64,000 nucleotides of DNA from Bacteroidales bacterium (GTDB lineage: Bacteria; Bacteroidota; Bacteroidia; Bacteroidales; UBA12077). The DNA is taken from contig JAZBOG010000034.1 in assembly GCA_036351015.1 (NCBI GenBank), forward strand, positions 21,665 through 85,664. Reading direction: 5' to 3'. The notes under the pieces are model-generated. The model made no database searches, was not told where the DNA came from, and saw nothing but the letters and a program-made list of their open reading frames with translations. This document shows positions 39,282-49,114 of this stretch, in pieces. The translations under genes and the position numbers were made by a program. Numbering within the stretch: the first letter of the stretch is position 1; each line of letters opens with the position of its first letter.

Positions 39282-40163
39282 ATGAAAAAGATACTATTTA
39301 CCGTTCCACTAATCCTCTTCTGCGCCGGAATATTAAATGCGCAAGAAACAACAGACACCTTAAAAAACTGGAAGTTCAGCGGGGTCAGTTCGATTAATTT
39401 CTCCCAGGTATCCTTAACCAACTGGGCTGCCGGGGGTGATAATTCCTATGCATTTAATGGACTTCTCAATCTTGTATTGGATTACTCCAAAGATAAGAAC
39501 GACTGGTCCAATACCCTGGATCTTGGGTATGGAATTCAAAAACAAGGGGAACAGGAAATCCGTAAAACAGACGACAATATTGATTTTACCTCAAAATATG
39601 GTCGTAAAATTTCCGAATCCTTCTTTATCAGTGCCTTATTAAATTTTAAAACCCAGATGGACGAAGGAAAGAAATATGATCAGGATACCAGCTGGGTTAT
39701 TTCACGATTTTTTGCCCCGGCTTACCTGCAAGGTGCTCTGGGTATGGAATACAAACCCGGAGATGCCTTTTATTTTGTTCTCTCCCCGGCAACAGGAAAG
39801 CTAACCATGGTTTTTGACGACACCCTGTCGGCCAAAGGATCATTCGGTGTTGATGCCGGCGAAAACACCCGTTTAGAGTTAGGTGGATCTGCAACGGTAG
39901 GAGTAAAAAAAGAGATCATGAAAAATGTAACCTTTAAATCTACGTTGGGTTTATTTTCCAACTACCTGGAAAATGCACAAAATATTGATGTAGACTGGAA
40001 GGTAGCCATAAATATGAAAATCAACGATTATCTCTCGGCCAACCTCAACACCCATCTCATCTACGATGATGATATTGCATACATTGACGACCAGGGGAAT
40101 GAGCGTGGTGCACGGGTACAGTTTAAAGAAGTATTTGGAGTAGGATTGACCTATAAATTTTAA
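39282..40163 (+). CDS. DUF3078-like outer-membrane beta-barrel protein
   Basis: 293 aa with a signal peptide. SINFSQVSLTNWAAGG is the characteristic DUF3078 opening. The sequence has an alternating beta pattern and ends in YKF. Confidence 0.65.
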   Translation: MKKILFTVPLILFCAGILNAQETTDTLKNWKFSGVSSINFSQVSLTNWAAGGDNSYAFNGLLNLVLDYSKDKNDWSNTLDLGYGIQKQGEQEIRKTDDNIDFTSKYGRKISESFFISALLNFKTQMDEGKKYDQDTSWVISRFFAPAYLQGALGMEYKPGDAFYFVLSPATGKLTMVFDDTLSAKGSFGVDAGENTRLELGGSATVGVKKEIMKNVTFKSTLGLFSNYLENAQNIDVDWKVAINMKINDYLSANLNTHLIYDDDIAYIDDQGNERGARVQFKEVFGVGLTYKF

Positions 40164-40174
40164 ACCGAATTTAT

Positions 40175-41122
40175 TCAGGAATCTAAGCCTTTACTTTTTG
40201 TTAAAGGCTTTTTTTGTTGAAATTCAATATTTCTTTTTAATCCCTTAAATTTTGTTCTTTCTACAGCTGTTCCTTTGAATAGCTTTGTAAAGCTCTCTTT
40301 GTCCAGGGACTTCCATTCTTCTTTTTCTAAATTCTTTAAAACTTCAGATAGTTTAAACCGGGGTTCGGCATGGGGTTTTGCTTTACGGTTCCAGGGACAA
40401 ACATCCTGGCAAATATCACAACCAAAAATCCAGGCGTCCCATTTTTCTTTAAATACAGAGGGTATTTCTCCTTTATTTTCAATCGTAAGGTAAGATATAC
40501 ATTTTCTAGCATCCAGCCGGTAAGGACGTAATGCCTGGGTTGGACAGGCATCGATACACCTGGTACAATGGCCACAATAATCTTTACCTGGTGTTGAAGC
40601 CACCTCCAGTTCAAGGTCAAGAATTAATTCACCAATAAATACAAATGAACCCAGTTCCTTTGAGATAAAGTTCGTGTTTTTCCCGATCCACCCCAATCCT
40701 GACCTGGCAGCCCACACCTTATCCATCACCGGGGCCGAATCAACAAATACCCTTCCATCCACCTTGCCAAAGGTGGTCCGGATAAATTCAAACAGCAAAA
40801 ATAATTTCTCTTTTACAACATCATGATAATCCCTGCCATAAGCATATTTTGATATTTGATAAGTATCTTCCCGTTGCCGGTGATTAGGGTAATAATTATA
40901 TAAAACCGAAATCACGGATTTTGCTCCTTCTACCAGTTTCGTGGGATCAACACGCTTTTCAAAATGATTTTCCATGTATTGCATATTGCCATGAAAACCA
41001 TTATCCAACCATCTTTTCAGTTGCCGAGATTCCTTTTCAAGGAATTCTGCCCGGGAAAAACCAATGGCCGAAAAACCTAATTCCAAAGCTTTCTTTTCTA
41101 TTTTTGCGGATTTTGAGATCAT
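40175..41122 (-). CDS. queG: tRNA epoxyqueuosine(34) reductase
   Basis: 315 aa with two ferredoxin-type clusters, CGHCTRCIDACPT and CDICQDVCPWN, and the typical QueG N-terminal region. Confidence 0.9.
   Translation of the reverse strand: MISKSAKIEKKALELGFSAIGFSRAEFLEKESRQLKRWLDNGFHGNMQYMENHFEKRVDPTKLVEGAKSVISVLYNYYPNHRQREDTYQISKYAYGRDYHDVVKEKLFLLFEFIRTTFGKVDGRVFVDSAPVMDKVWAARSGLGWIGKNTNFISKELGSFVFIGELILDLELEVASTPGKDYCGHCTRCIDACPTQALRPYRLDARKCISYLTIENKGEIPSVFKEKWDAWIFGCDICQDVCPWNRKAKPHAEPRFKLSEVLKNLEKEEWKSLDKESFTKLFKGTAVERTKFKGLKRNIEFQQKKPLTKSKGLDS
40184..40217 (+). terminator. Terminator of the DUF3078 gene, embedded in the 3-prime coding end of convergent queG
   Basis: TAAGCCTTTA-loop-TAAAGGCTT stem followed by TTTTTTT. 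Confidence 0.5.
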
Positions 41123-41232
41123 GGGTAAATTACATTAGCCAGAAAACACTAAACACGAAGATACACAAAAAAACAAACCTTACATTTCAGGTGTAAGGTC
41201 TTGCATCATCCTTGAAGGAATTTATCTAATTC

Positions 41233-41556
41233 TTACAATAATCCTAGTTCCAGCATCGCTTCCTCGCTCATCATGGTCTTATCCCACGGAGGATCGAAAA
41301 CCAGTTTTATTTTGGCTTCCTGAACATCCTGTATCGCATTGGTTTTTTGATGTACTTCGTTCAGCAGCTGATCAGCCATCGGGCAGTTCGGTGCTGTTAA
41401 GGTCATTTTGACCTCTACCCTGTTTTCCTCATCCACATCAATGGCATAGATTAATCCCAGGTCGTAAATATTAACAGGAATTTCAGGGTCGTATATTGTT
41501 TTTAAGGTTTTAACAATTTCGGCTTCCAGGGCCATTAAATTATTATCGTCCATCAT
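41233..41556 (-). CDS. DUF59/MIP18-family Fe-S assembly protein (SufT-like)
   Basis: 107 aa with IYDPEIPVNIYDLGLIY and TLTAPNCPMA. It is the last gene of the suf cluster. Confidence 0.8.
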   Translation of the reverse strand: MMDDNNLMALEAEIVKTLKTIYDPEIPVNIYDLGLIYAIDVDEENRVEVKMTLTAPNCPMADQLLNEVHQKTNAIQDVQEAKIKLVFDPPWDKTMMSEEAMLELGLL

Positions 41557-41565
41557 AAACCTCCT

Positions 41566-41994
41566 TTACTCATTCATTTTAGCATTAAAGGCCATGGCAT
41601 AAAGCTTCATCTGCTTAACCATCGCCAATAGTCCATTGGATCGTGTAGGTGAAAGATTTTGCTGCAACCCGATTTTATCAATAAAGTACAAATCGGCATG
41701 CATAATCTCCGACGGCTTTAACCCACTCAATACTCTCACTAAAAGAGCTGCAATACCTTTTGTTATAATTGCATCGCTGTCTGCTGAAAATTTAACTTTA
41801 TCCCCATCCATTTCGGCATGGAGCCAGACTTTCGACTGGCAACCTTCAATCAGATATTCCTGGGTTTTATACCTGGGGTCAATCACCGGAAGATCTTTAC
41901 TCATTTCGATTAAATAATTATACTTATCCATCCAGTCATCGAAAATTAAAAACTCTTCAATAATTTCTTCCTGTCTTTCTTCAATATTCATCAT
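41566..41994 (-). CDS. sufE: SufE-like cysteine desulfuration protein
   Basis: 142 aa containing IEGCQSKVWL with the sulfur-acceptor Cys. Confidence 0.85.
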   Translation of the reverse strand: MMNIEERQEEIIEEFLIFDDWMDKYNYLIEMSKDLPVIDPRYKTQEYLIEGCQSKVWLHAEMDGDKVKFSADSDAIITKGIAALLVRVLSGLKPSEIMHADLYFIDKIGLQQNLSPTRSNGLLAMVKQMKLYAMAFNAKMNE

Positions 41995-42008
41995 AGTTAT
42001 AATACAAT

Positions 42009-43229
42009 TTAACCAAACATTTGTTTAACAGTGATTAATGCATCGTATAAACGGTCCACTTCTTCTTTGGTATTATAAAAAGCAAAAGAAGCCCGAATGG
42101 TTCCTTCAATATTAAAACAATGCATGAGCGGTTCGGCACAATGATGTCCCGTACGAACGGCCACCCCCATTTTATCGATAACCATGCCGGCATCATAATG
42201 GTGAATATTTTCAAGGATAAAGGAGATTACACTCACCTTTTGCTCCGAGGTTCCAATAATTCTTAATCCTTCAATGGTGGTTAATTTGCGGGTAGCATAG
42301 TCAAGCAACTCCTGTTCGTAAGCGGCAATATTTTCTAATCCAATCTCCCGGATATACTCAATGGCTTTGGCTAACCCAATCGCTCCGACATAATTAGGAG
42401 TACCCGCCTCGAACTTAAAAGGCAAGGTATTAAATGTCGTTTTTTCAAACGTGACTTTTTTTATCATTTCGCCCCCGGTCATAAATGGAGGCAACTGGTT
42501 TAACCATTTTTCCTTACCATACAAAACTCCGATTCCATTGGGGCCATAGATTTTATGACCCGAGAAAACAAAGAAATCACAATCCAGCGTCTGTACATCG
42601 ACCTTCCCATGCTGTACGCTTTGAGCACCATCCACAAGAACGGGAACATCCTTCTGGTGAGCCAGGTCAATGATTCTTTTTACGTCATTTACCGTTCCTA
42701 AAGCATTTGACACATGGTTTACAGCCACCAGTCTGGTTTTGTGCGAAAGGAGCTTTTCATACTCTTCAAGCAATAATTCTCCTTTATCATTGATGGGAAT
42801 AATCTTTAAAACAGCATTTTTCCGTTCGCACAACATCTGCCACGGAACAATATTCGCATGATGTTCCAGGGAAGATATTATGATTTCATCTCCCTCATGA
42901 ATAAACTTTTCTCCAAAAGAAAAGGCAATGGCATTGATCGATTCTGTAGTTCCACTGGTAAAGATCACTTCGTGATCGTGTGGTGCATGAATAAATTCCT
43001 GAACAGTTTTACGGGCATCCTCAAACCGTTGGGTTAACTGTTCGCTCAAATAATGCACCCCACGATGGATATTACTGTTTTCCTGTGAGTAAATTCGGGA
43101 AACTTCTTCGATAACAACGTTTGGCTTCTGGGTAGTTGCGCCGTTATCGAAATAAACCAGGGGTTTATTATATACCTGCTGACTTAAAACCGGGAAGTCA
43201 TTTCTAATTTTATGAATATCAATACTCAC
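42009..43229 (-). CDS. sufS: Cysteine desulfurase, SufS family
   Basis: 406 aa with YFDNGATTQKP, the PLP lysine in FSGHKIYGPNGIG, and the catalytic Cys in RTGHHCAEP. Confidence 0.95.
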   Translation of the reverse strand: MSIDIHKIRNDFPVLSQQVYNKPLVYFDNGATTQKPNVVIEEVSRIYSQENSNIHRGVHYLSEQLTQRFEDARKTVQEFIHAPHDHEVIFTSGTTESINAIAFSFGEKFIHEGDEIIISSLEHHANIVPWQMLCERKNAVLKIIPINDKGELLLEEYEKLLSHKTRLVAVNHVSNALGTVNDVKRIIDLAHQKDVPVLVDGAQSVQHGKVDVQTLDCDFFVFSGHKIYGPNGIGVLYGKEKWLNQLPPFMTGGEMIKKVTFEKTTFNTLPFKFEAGTPNYVGAIGLAKAIEYIREIGLENIAAYEQELLDYATRKLTTIEGLRIIGTSEQKVSVISFILENIHHYDAGMVIDKMGVAVRTGHHCAEPLMHCFNIEGTIRASFAFYNTKEEVDRLYDALITVKQMFG

Positions 43230-43248
43230 AATACTTCGTATTTAAAAT

Positions 43249-44616
43249 TTATTTACAATTCATCTGGCAGAAATTACACCGCGACAATTCCCCACGAAGT
43301 CTTTTATCCACCAGTTCATGAATACGATCCTGCAATGCAGGGACTTTTATTTTCTGAATTACCTCGTGGGCAAAAGCGTACATTAGCAACAATTTAGCCT
43401 CTTTTTCATGTATCCCTCTCGAACGCAAATAGAACAGAGCATCCATATCCAGTTGTCCCACTGTAGCACCATGACTGCATTTAACATCATCGGCATAAAT
43501 GATCAGGGTTGGCTTGGTATTAATCGTAGCGTCGTCGGTAAGTAATATATTATTATTTGCCTGATAGGCCTGGGTTTTTTGAGCATCTTTACGCACCAGG
43601 ACTTTACCGTTGAATGCTCCTGTGGCAAAATCATCCAAAACCCCCTTAAACAACTGGTTACTGGTACAGCCCGGCTTTGCGTGATCAATAAACACATGAT
43701 TATCAATATGTTGCCCCTTATCTGTGAGGTATAAACCCAGGGTGTTGTTATCGCAACCTTCCCCGTTTAACAAAACCTTGATATTATTCCGGATTAACCC
43801 GCCATGCAATGAAATGGTATTGGCATTTACCCGGCTGTCCTTTTCCTGATGGAAAAACAGATGCGAAATCTGTCTGGACCCGTTATGTTCATTCTGTATC
43901 CTGGAATAGTCCAGGGAAGCATTCTGGTCAGTAAAAAATTCCGAAACGGAATTGGTTAAAAAGTTTGACGTGGATAAAGTATGATCACAAACCACTATGG
44001 ACGCCTGGCTATTTTCTTCAAGAATAAACAGGTTCCGATGCTGGGTCATGCCATCCTCTTCATCCATTAAAAGGTTAATGATTTGAATGGGCTTTTCAAT
44101 TACAACTCCTTTGGGAACATATAAAAAGATTCCATCTTTTACAAAAGCTGTATTTAAAGCTACGAGTCCTTCTTTTGAGCTATCGGCATACCGGGAAAAG
44201 TGTTTTTTTACCAGTTCAGGATATTCCTCACTTGCTTTCTGGAAGCTTCCAATAACAGCTCCTCCGGGCAACTCGGTCAATTGTTTCTCCCGGTTGTAGT
44301 ACCAGCCATTCAGTAAAATAATAACTTCCGTATTCAGGTCAGGGACATCACAATGAAAAATATCATCTACATTAAATTCAATATTTTTCGGGGAAAGAAA
44401 AGTCTTCAACCCATTGTTAAATAAGGATTTAATATCGGTATATTTATAATCTTCATTTTTCTTATCGGGGATGCCCAGGTTTTTAAAATCCTGGAATGCT
44501 TTCTCCCTGATCTGGTTGACATAACCGGGCGACCCGTTTTTCAGAATATCCTGGTTGTTGTTATAGATCTCAACAAACTTATCTTTAACTTCAATATCGG
44601 TTGTTTCTACACTCAT
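43249..44616 (-). CDS. sufD: Fe-S cluster assembly protein SufD
   Basis: 455 aa. The C-terminal beta-helix region (KPTLIIYADDVKCSHGATVGQLD) and the position between sufC and sufS support the call. Confidence 0.9.
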   Translation of the reverse strand: MSVETTDIEVKDKFVEIYNNNQDILKNGSPGYVNQIREKAFQDFKNLGIPDKKNEDYKYTDIKSLFNNGLKTFLSPKNIEFNVDDIFHCDVPDLNTEVIILLNGWYYNREKQLTELPGGAVIGSFQKASEEYPELVKKHFSRYADSSKEGLVALNTAFVKDGIFLYVPKGVVIEKPIQIINLLMDEEDGMTQHRNLFILEENSQASIVVCDHTLSTSNFLTNSVSEFFTDQNASLDYSRIQNEHNGSRQISHLFFHQEKDSRVNANTISLHGGLIRNNIKVLLNGEGCDNNTLGLYLTDKGQHIDNHVFIDHAKPGCTSNQLFKGVLDDFATGAFNGKVLVRKDAQKTQAYQANNNILLTDDATINTKPTLIIYADDVKCSHGATVGQLDMDALFYLRSRGIHEKEAKLLLMYAFAHEVIQKIKVPALQDRIHELVDKRLRGELSRCNFCQMNCK

Positions 44617-44652
44617 ACGTTTGTTTTTTAAAAGTAAAAAAATAAACCGGTT

Positions 44653-45408
44653 TTATTCAACCGCCACATTCTTTTTTAACCAGTCGTACCCTTTTTCTTC
44701 CAGCTCGAGGGCTAAATTTTTATCTCCCGATTTCACAATTTTACCATCATAGAGCACATGGACAAAATCGGGAACAATATAATCAAGCAATCGCTGGTAG
44801 TGTGTAATCACAATTGTAGCATTTTCAGAAGACTTTAATTTATTTACTCCATTGGCTACAATCCGTAATGCATCAATATCCAGTCCTGAGTCTGTTTCAT
44901 CAAGGATGGACAATTTAGGTTCGAGCATTGCCATTTGAAAAATTTCGTTTCGTTTCTTTTCTCCTCCGGAGAATCCTTCATTCACAGATCGGTTGGCCAG
45001 TCCGGTATCCAATTCTACCAGCTCCTTTTTTTCGCGCATCAGTTTTAAAAAGTCCGAGGAGGATAAGGGGTCCATTCCCCGATGTTTGCGTTGCTCATTA
45101 ACCGCTGTTTTCATAAAATTTACCATACTAACCCCCGGAATCTCTATGGGGTACTGGAATCCAAGAAAAATTCCCTCACTGGCACGTTCTTCGGGCGATA
45201 ATTCAAACAGGTCATTCCCCATATAAGAAACTTCTCCCCGGTTCACTTCAAACATTTCCCTTCCCGCCAAAACAGAGGCTAAAGTGCTTTTCCCCGAACC
45301 ATTAGGTCCCATGATCGCATGGATCTCTCCTTTTTTAACGTCAAGATTGATTCCTTTTAAAATCTCTTTCCCTTCGATGGATGCATGTAAATCTTTTATT
45401 TTTAACAT
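44653..45408 (-). CDS. sufC: Fe-S cluster assembly ATPase SufC
   Basis: 251 aa with Walker A GPNGSGKST, the signature FSGGEKKR and Walker B LSILDETDSGLD. Confidence 0.96.
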   Translation of the reverse strand: MLKIKDLHASIEGKEILKGINLDVKKGEIHAIMGPNGSGKSTLASVLAGREMFEVNRGEVSYMGNDLFELSPEERASEGIFLGFQYPIEIPGVSMVNFMKTAVNEQRKHRGMDPLSSSDFLKLMREKKELVELDTGLANRSVNEGFSGGEKKRNEIFQMAMLEPKLSILDETDSGLDIDALRIVANGVNKLKSSENATIVITHYQRLLDYIVPDFVHVLYDGKIVKSGDKNLALELEEKGYDWLKKNVAVE

Positions 45409-45518
45409 GATATATCTCTATTAATTTTGTTTTAATATTTTTTTCTGCTTTATTTATCTTCAATGATGTTTAATCCTTCTGCCGAAAGGCAGGTTTATAT
45501 TTTTGTATCCATTTACAA

Positions 45519-46970
45519 CTAACCAACACTTCCTTCCAGGCTGATCTGTAACAGCTTTTGGGCTTCAACAGCAAACTCCATGGGGAGCTTATTTAACACC
45601 TCCTTGGCATATCCATTAACAATAAGACCAATGGCATCTTCGGTTTTTATTCCCCGCTGATTGCAATAAAAAATCTGGTCTTCGCCAATCTTGGAAGTTG
45701 TTGCCTCATGTTCAATAATCGAATCTTTATTATCCACTTCGAGGTAAGGGAAAGTATGTGCACCACATTTATCTCCCAACAATAAGCTATCGCACTGGGA
45801 GAAGTTACGGGCTTTTTCAGCGTTTTTTACCACTTTCACCAGGCCCCGGTAGCTGTTGTTACTATATCCTGCAGAAATACCTTTTGAAACGATAGTACTT
45901 TTAGTATTTTTCCCGATATGAATCATTTTTGTTCCGGTATCGGCTTGTTGATGATTATTGGTTACAGCTACCGAATAAAAATCGCCCACCGAATGATCTC
46001 CAAGCAACAGGCAACTGGGATACTTCCAGGTTATTGCCGAACCGGTTTCCACCTGGGTCCAGGAGATTTTTGAGTGATCCCCTGCACACTTGCCCCGTTT
46101 GGTTACAAAATTATAAATTCCTCCTTTGCCTTCTTTATCCCCGGGGTACCAGTTTTGAACCGTTGAGTACTTCACCTCAGCATTTTTATTGGCAACAATC
46201 TCAACAATAGCGGCATGTAACTGATTTTCATCACGCATAGGAGCTGTACATCCTTCCAGGTAACTTACATACGAATCGTCTTCGGCAACAATTAGTGTCC
46301 GTTCAAATTGTCCTGTGTTGGCTGCATTGATCCTGAAATAGGTGGAGAGTTCCATGGGACATCTTACCCCCTTGGGGATATAACAGAATGATCCGTCACT
46401 GAAGACCGCTGAATTAAGGGCTGCAAAATAATTATCCGTGTAGGGAACCACTGAACCCATATATTTTTTAACCAAATCAGGATGCTCCTGTACTGCTTCG
46501 CTGAAAGAACAAAAAATGATACCCAGCTCAGCCAGTGTTTCCTTAAAAGTAGTTTTCACCGAAACACTATCCATTACGGCATCTACAGCAACTCCTGCCA
46601 GACGTTTCTGCTCGTCGAGCGGGATCCCCAGCTTATCGAAAGTAGACTTTAATTCCGGATCAATATCATCAAGACTTTTGGGACCATCAGCTTTTCTCTT
46701 TGGTGCTGAATAGTAAATAATATCCTGATAATTAATCTCCGGAATATTTAAATGTGCCCAATCGGGCATTTTCATCTTTTGCCAATGCCTGAAAGCTTTT
46801 AACCTAAACTCAAGCATAAATTCAGGTTCATTCTTTTTTTGGGAAATTAAACGAACCACATCCTCGTTTAATCCCTTCGGAATCGATTCTGCTTCGACAT
46901 TGGTAACAAATCCGTACTTATATTCACCCTGTGTTACTTCATTTAATATTTTATCTTGATCTTTTTCCAT
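45519..46970 (-). CDS. sufB: Fe-S cluster assembly scaffold SufB
   Basis: 483 aa with conserved SufB blocks [18 protein letters not shown] and [16 protein letters not shown]. Confidence 0.96.
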   Translation of the reverse strand: MEKDQDKILNEVTQGEYKYGFVTNVEAESIPKGLNEDVVRLISQKKNEPEFMLEFRLKAFRHWQKMKMPDWAHLNIPEINYQDIIYYSAPKRKADGPKSLDDIDPELKSTFDKLGIPLDEQKRLAGVAVDAVMDSVSVKTTFKETLAELGIIFCSFSEAVQEHPDLVKKYMGSVVPYTDNYFAALNSAVFSDGSFCYIPKGVRCPMELSTYFRINAANTGQFERTLIVAEDDSYVSYLEGCTAPMRDENQLHAAIVEIVANKNAEVKYSTVQNWYPGDKEGKGGIYNFVTKRGKCAGDHSKISWTQVETGSAITWKYPSCLLLGDHSVGDFYSVAVTNNHQQADTGTKMIHIGKNTKSTIVSKGISAGYSNNSYRGLVKVVKNAEKARNFSQCDSLLLGDKCGAHTFPYLEVDNKDSIIEHEATTSKIGEDQIFYCNQRGIKTEDAIGLIVNGYAKEVLNKLPMEFAVEAQKLLQISLEGSVG

Positions 46971-47115
46971 AACTTTGCAAAATGTATTACCAGAAAAGTA
47001 ATTCTAACTTTAAATAGATTAATTCTAAATTGGGTACAAAGATATTTAAAATCTAACAACTAATAAAACAACATTGTTTAATCTTTTTTTTTAATGATAA
47101 ATATCAATTTCAGGC

Positions 47116-48165
47116 ATGAAGGAAAATGAAAAGAAGTTAACAGAGATAGCAGAACTAGGAGAATTTGGATTAATTGATCGTCTCACAAAAGATATAAAAA
47201 TTAAGCATAAGAATACATTAAAAGGAGTTGGTGATGATGCGGCAGTGATTGACTACGGAAACATATGCTCTGTAGTTACTACAGACCTTTTAATTGAGGG
47301 GATTCATTTCAATCTGATGTATACTCCTCTAAAACATTTGGGGTATAAGGCGGTAGTGGTGAATTTATCGGATGTTTATGCCATGAATGCCACCCCAAAG
47401 CAAATTACGGTATCCCTGGCTATTTCAAAGAAATTTGCCACCGAACATATTGAAGAGATCTACGAAGGGATCCAGCTTGCCTGTGAAACTTATGATGTGG
47501 ATTTGGTAGGAGGCGATACATCCTCCTCATTAACCGGTCTGGCAATCAGTATAACAGCTATAGGAGAAGTAAAAAAGGAAGAAATTACTTATCGGAGCAC
47601 AGCTCAAAATACAGACATTATTTGTGTTTCGGGAAACCTGGGGGCTGCTTACATGGGTTTACAGTTACTGGAGAGAGAGAAAGAAATTTTTAACGCCAAC
47701 CCGGGCACTCAACCCCAACTGGAAGGGTATGATTATATTCTGCAAAGACAGTTAAAACCTGAAGCTCGGAAGGATGTCGTCGCGTTATTCAAAAAGCAGG
47801 GGATAAAACCAACTTCGATGATTGACATCTCGGACGGATTATCCTCGGAATTATTACATATTTGCAAGAATTCCGGGGTTGGGTGCAAAATATTCCAGGA
47901 TAAAATTCCCATAGACTTAAATACGGAAAGAATGACTCAGGAATTTAAAATGGAACCCTTAATTGCTGCACTTAATGGTGGCGAAGATTATGAACTATTA
48001 TTTACCGTAAATATTTCAGATTTTGAAAAAATCAAGGATCAGCCACTGATCCATCCTATTGGACATATTACGGATAAAAAGCAGGGGGCCATGTTGCTTA
48101 CCGAATCCGGACAGGCCATTCCTTTACAGGCTCAGGGATGGAATCCGCTGAAAGAAGATAAATAA
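47116..48165 (+). CDS. thiL: Thiamine-monophosphate kinase
   Basis: 349 aa with GVGDDAAVI, TTDLLIEGIHF and GGDTSSS, the AIR-synthase-like fold motifs. Confidence 0.9.
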   Translation: MKENEKKLTEIAELGEFGLIDRLTKDIKIKHKNTLKGVGDDAAVIDYGNICSVVTTDLLIEGIHFNLMYTPLKHLGYKAVVVNLSDVYAMNATPKQITVSLAISKKFATEHIEEIYEGIQLACETYDVDLVGGDTSSSLTGLAISITAIGEVKKEEITYRSTAQNTDIICVSGNLGAAYMGLQLLEREKEIFNANPGTQPQLEGYDYILQRQLKPEARKDVVALFKKQGIKPTSMIDISDGLSSELLHICKNSGVGCKIFQDKIPIDLNTERMTQEFKMEPLIAALNGGEDYELLFTVNISDFEKIKDQPLIHPIGHITDKKQGAMLLTESGQAIPLQAQGWNPLKEDK

Positions 48166-48180
48166 CAATTCCAGAAAAAA

Positions 48181-48311
48181 GAGGCTGTCCAAAAAGGATT
48201 GAAAACGTCCTTCCGAACGAAGTGAAGGTATCTTTTTGAATTGATAATCAACAGATTACTTCGTCGTTCCTCCTCGGAATGACAACGATTTTTGACTTTT
48301 TGGGCACCCTC
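48181..48311. repeat. ~130-bp inverted pair of a Bacteroidota-type intergenic repeat unit; likely a bidirectional terminator
   Basis: The left unit is GAGGCTGTCCAAAAAG...CCTTCCGAACGAAGTGAAGGTATC. The right unit, on the other strand, is GAGGGTGCCCAAAAAG...GTCATTCCGAGGAGGAACGACGAAGTAATC. The outer arms, 48181-48196 and 48296-48311, are near-complementary. It sits between convergent thiL and lpxA. Confidence 0.6.
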
Positions 48312-48328
48312 TCTCTTTTACGGATATT

Positions 48329-49111
48329 TTATTGGCCATTGTACCCCCGGACAATTCCCCGCTGTGAGTTTTTAATAAACTCAAGCACATAATTCCTTTC
48401 TTCTGAATCGTCCATCTGTTCCTCAATATTTTTAAGGGCCTGGGTAACATTTTGTTCTTTGATATAGATCTCACGATAAATATCCTGGATTTGGGTAATT
48501 GTTTCGTTGGAGAACCCCCTGCGGCGCAGTCCTACCGAATTTAACCCCACATAGGATAAGGGTTCACGGGCAACGGTAATATAGGGAGGGACATCTTTAC
48601 GGACCAATGAGCCTCCGGATATCATCACGTGACCGCCAATATGCACAAACTGGTGAATCTGGACATCTCCACTAATTACCGCAAAATCATCAATAACAAT
48701 CTCGCCGGCGACATTGGTACTGTTCGAAATGATAATATTATTTCCCAGGGCACAATCGTGCCCGATGTGTACATAGGCCATCAAAAGACAGTTGTCTCCA
48801 ACAACTGTTTTGCCCTTGGAAGCTGTTCCCCGGTTTACCGTTACACATTCGCGGAGGGTGGTATTATCTCCGATTTCAGTAGTCGTATTTTCGCCCTTAA
48901 ATTTTAAATCCTGGGGAATGGCAGAAACCACTGCCCCGGGAAAAATCCTGCAGTTTTTACCGATCCGTGCACCCTCCATAATGGTTGCATTGGGGCCAAC
49001 CCATGTTCCATCACCAATTTCAACATTTTTATCAATCCAGGCAAAGGCTTCAATGTTTACATTCTTCCCGATCTTTGCTTCGGGATGTATATATGCTAAC
49101 TCTCGATTCAT
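48329..49111 (-). CDS. lpxA: Acyl-ACP--UDP-N-acetylglucosamine O-acyltransferase
   Basis: 260 aa with left-handed beta-helix hexapeptide repeats and an LpxA-type C-terminal helical domain. It lies downstream of lpxC/fabZ. Confidence 0.95.
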   Translation of the reverse strand: MNRELAYIHPEAKIGKNVNIEAFAWIDKNVEIGDGTWVGPNATIMEGARIGKNCRIFPGAVVSAIPQDLKFKGENTTTEIGDNTTLRECVTVNRGTASKGKTVVGDNCLLMAYVHIGHDCALGNNIIISNSTNVAGEIVIDDFAVISGDVQIHQFVHIGGHVMISGGSLVRKDVPPYITVAREPLSYVGLNSVGLRRRGFSNETITQIQDIYREIYIKEQNVTQALKNIEEQMDDSEERNYVLEFIKNSQRGIVRGYNGQ

Positions 49112-49114
49112 TAT

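Noticed and set aside
46971-47115. Looked for a TPP riboswitch near thiL (also upstream of yjbQ at 38802-38846), and for a glycine riboswitch upstream of gcvH (63755-63828)
   Set aside because: These gaps are short and AT-rich. They lack the conserved CTGAGA/ACCTGATCTGGATAATGCCAGCG-type TPP core and lack GGAGAG...CACCG glycine cores.
48256-48474. 72-aa minus-strand ORF ending ...KSLSFRGGTTK
   Set aside because: Its C-terminal half is a reading of the intergenic repeat unit, and its N-terminal half overlaps the lpxA 3-prime end out of frame. This is a typical repeat-derived false ORF.
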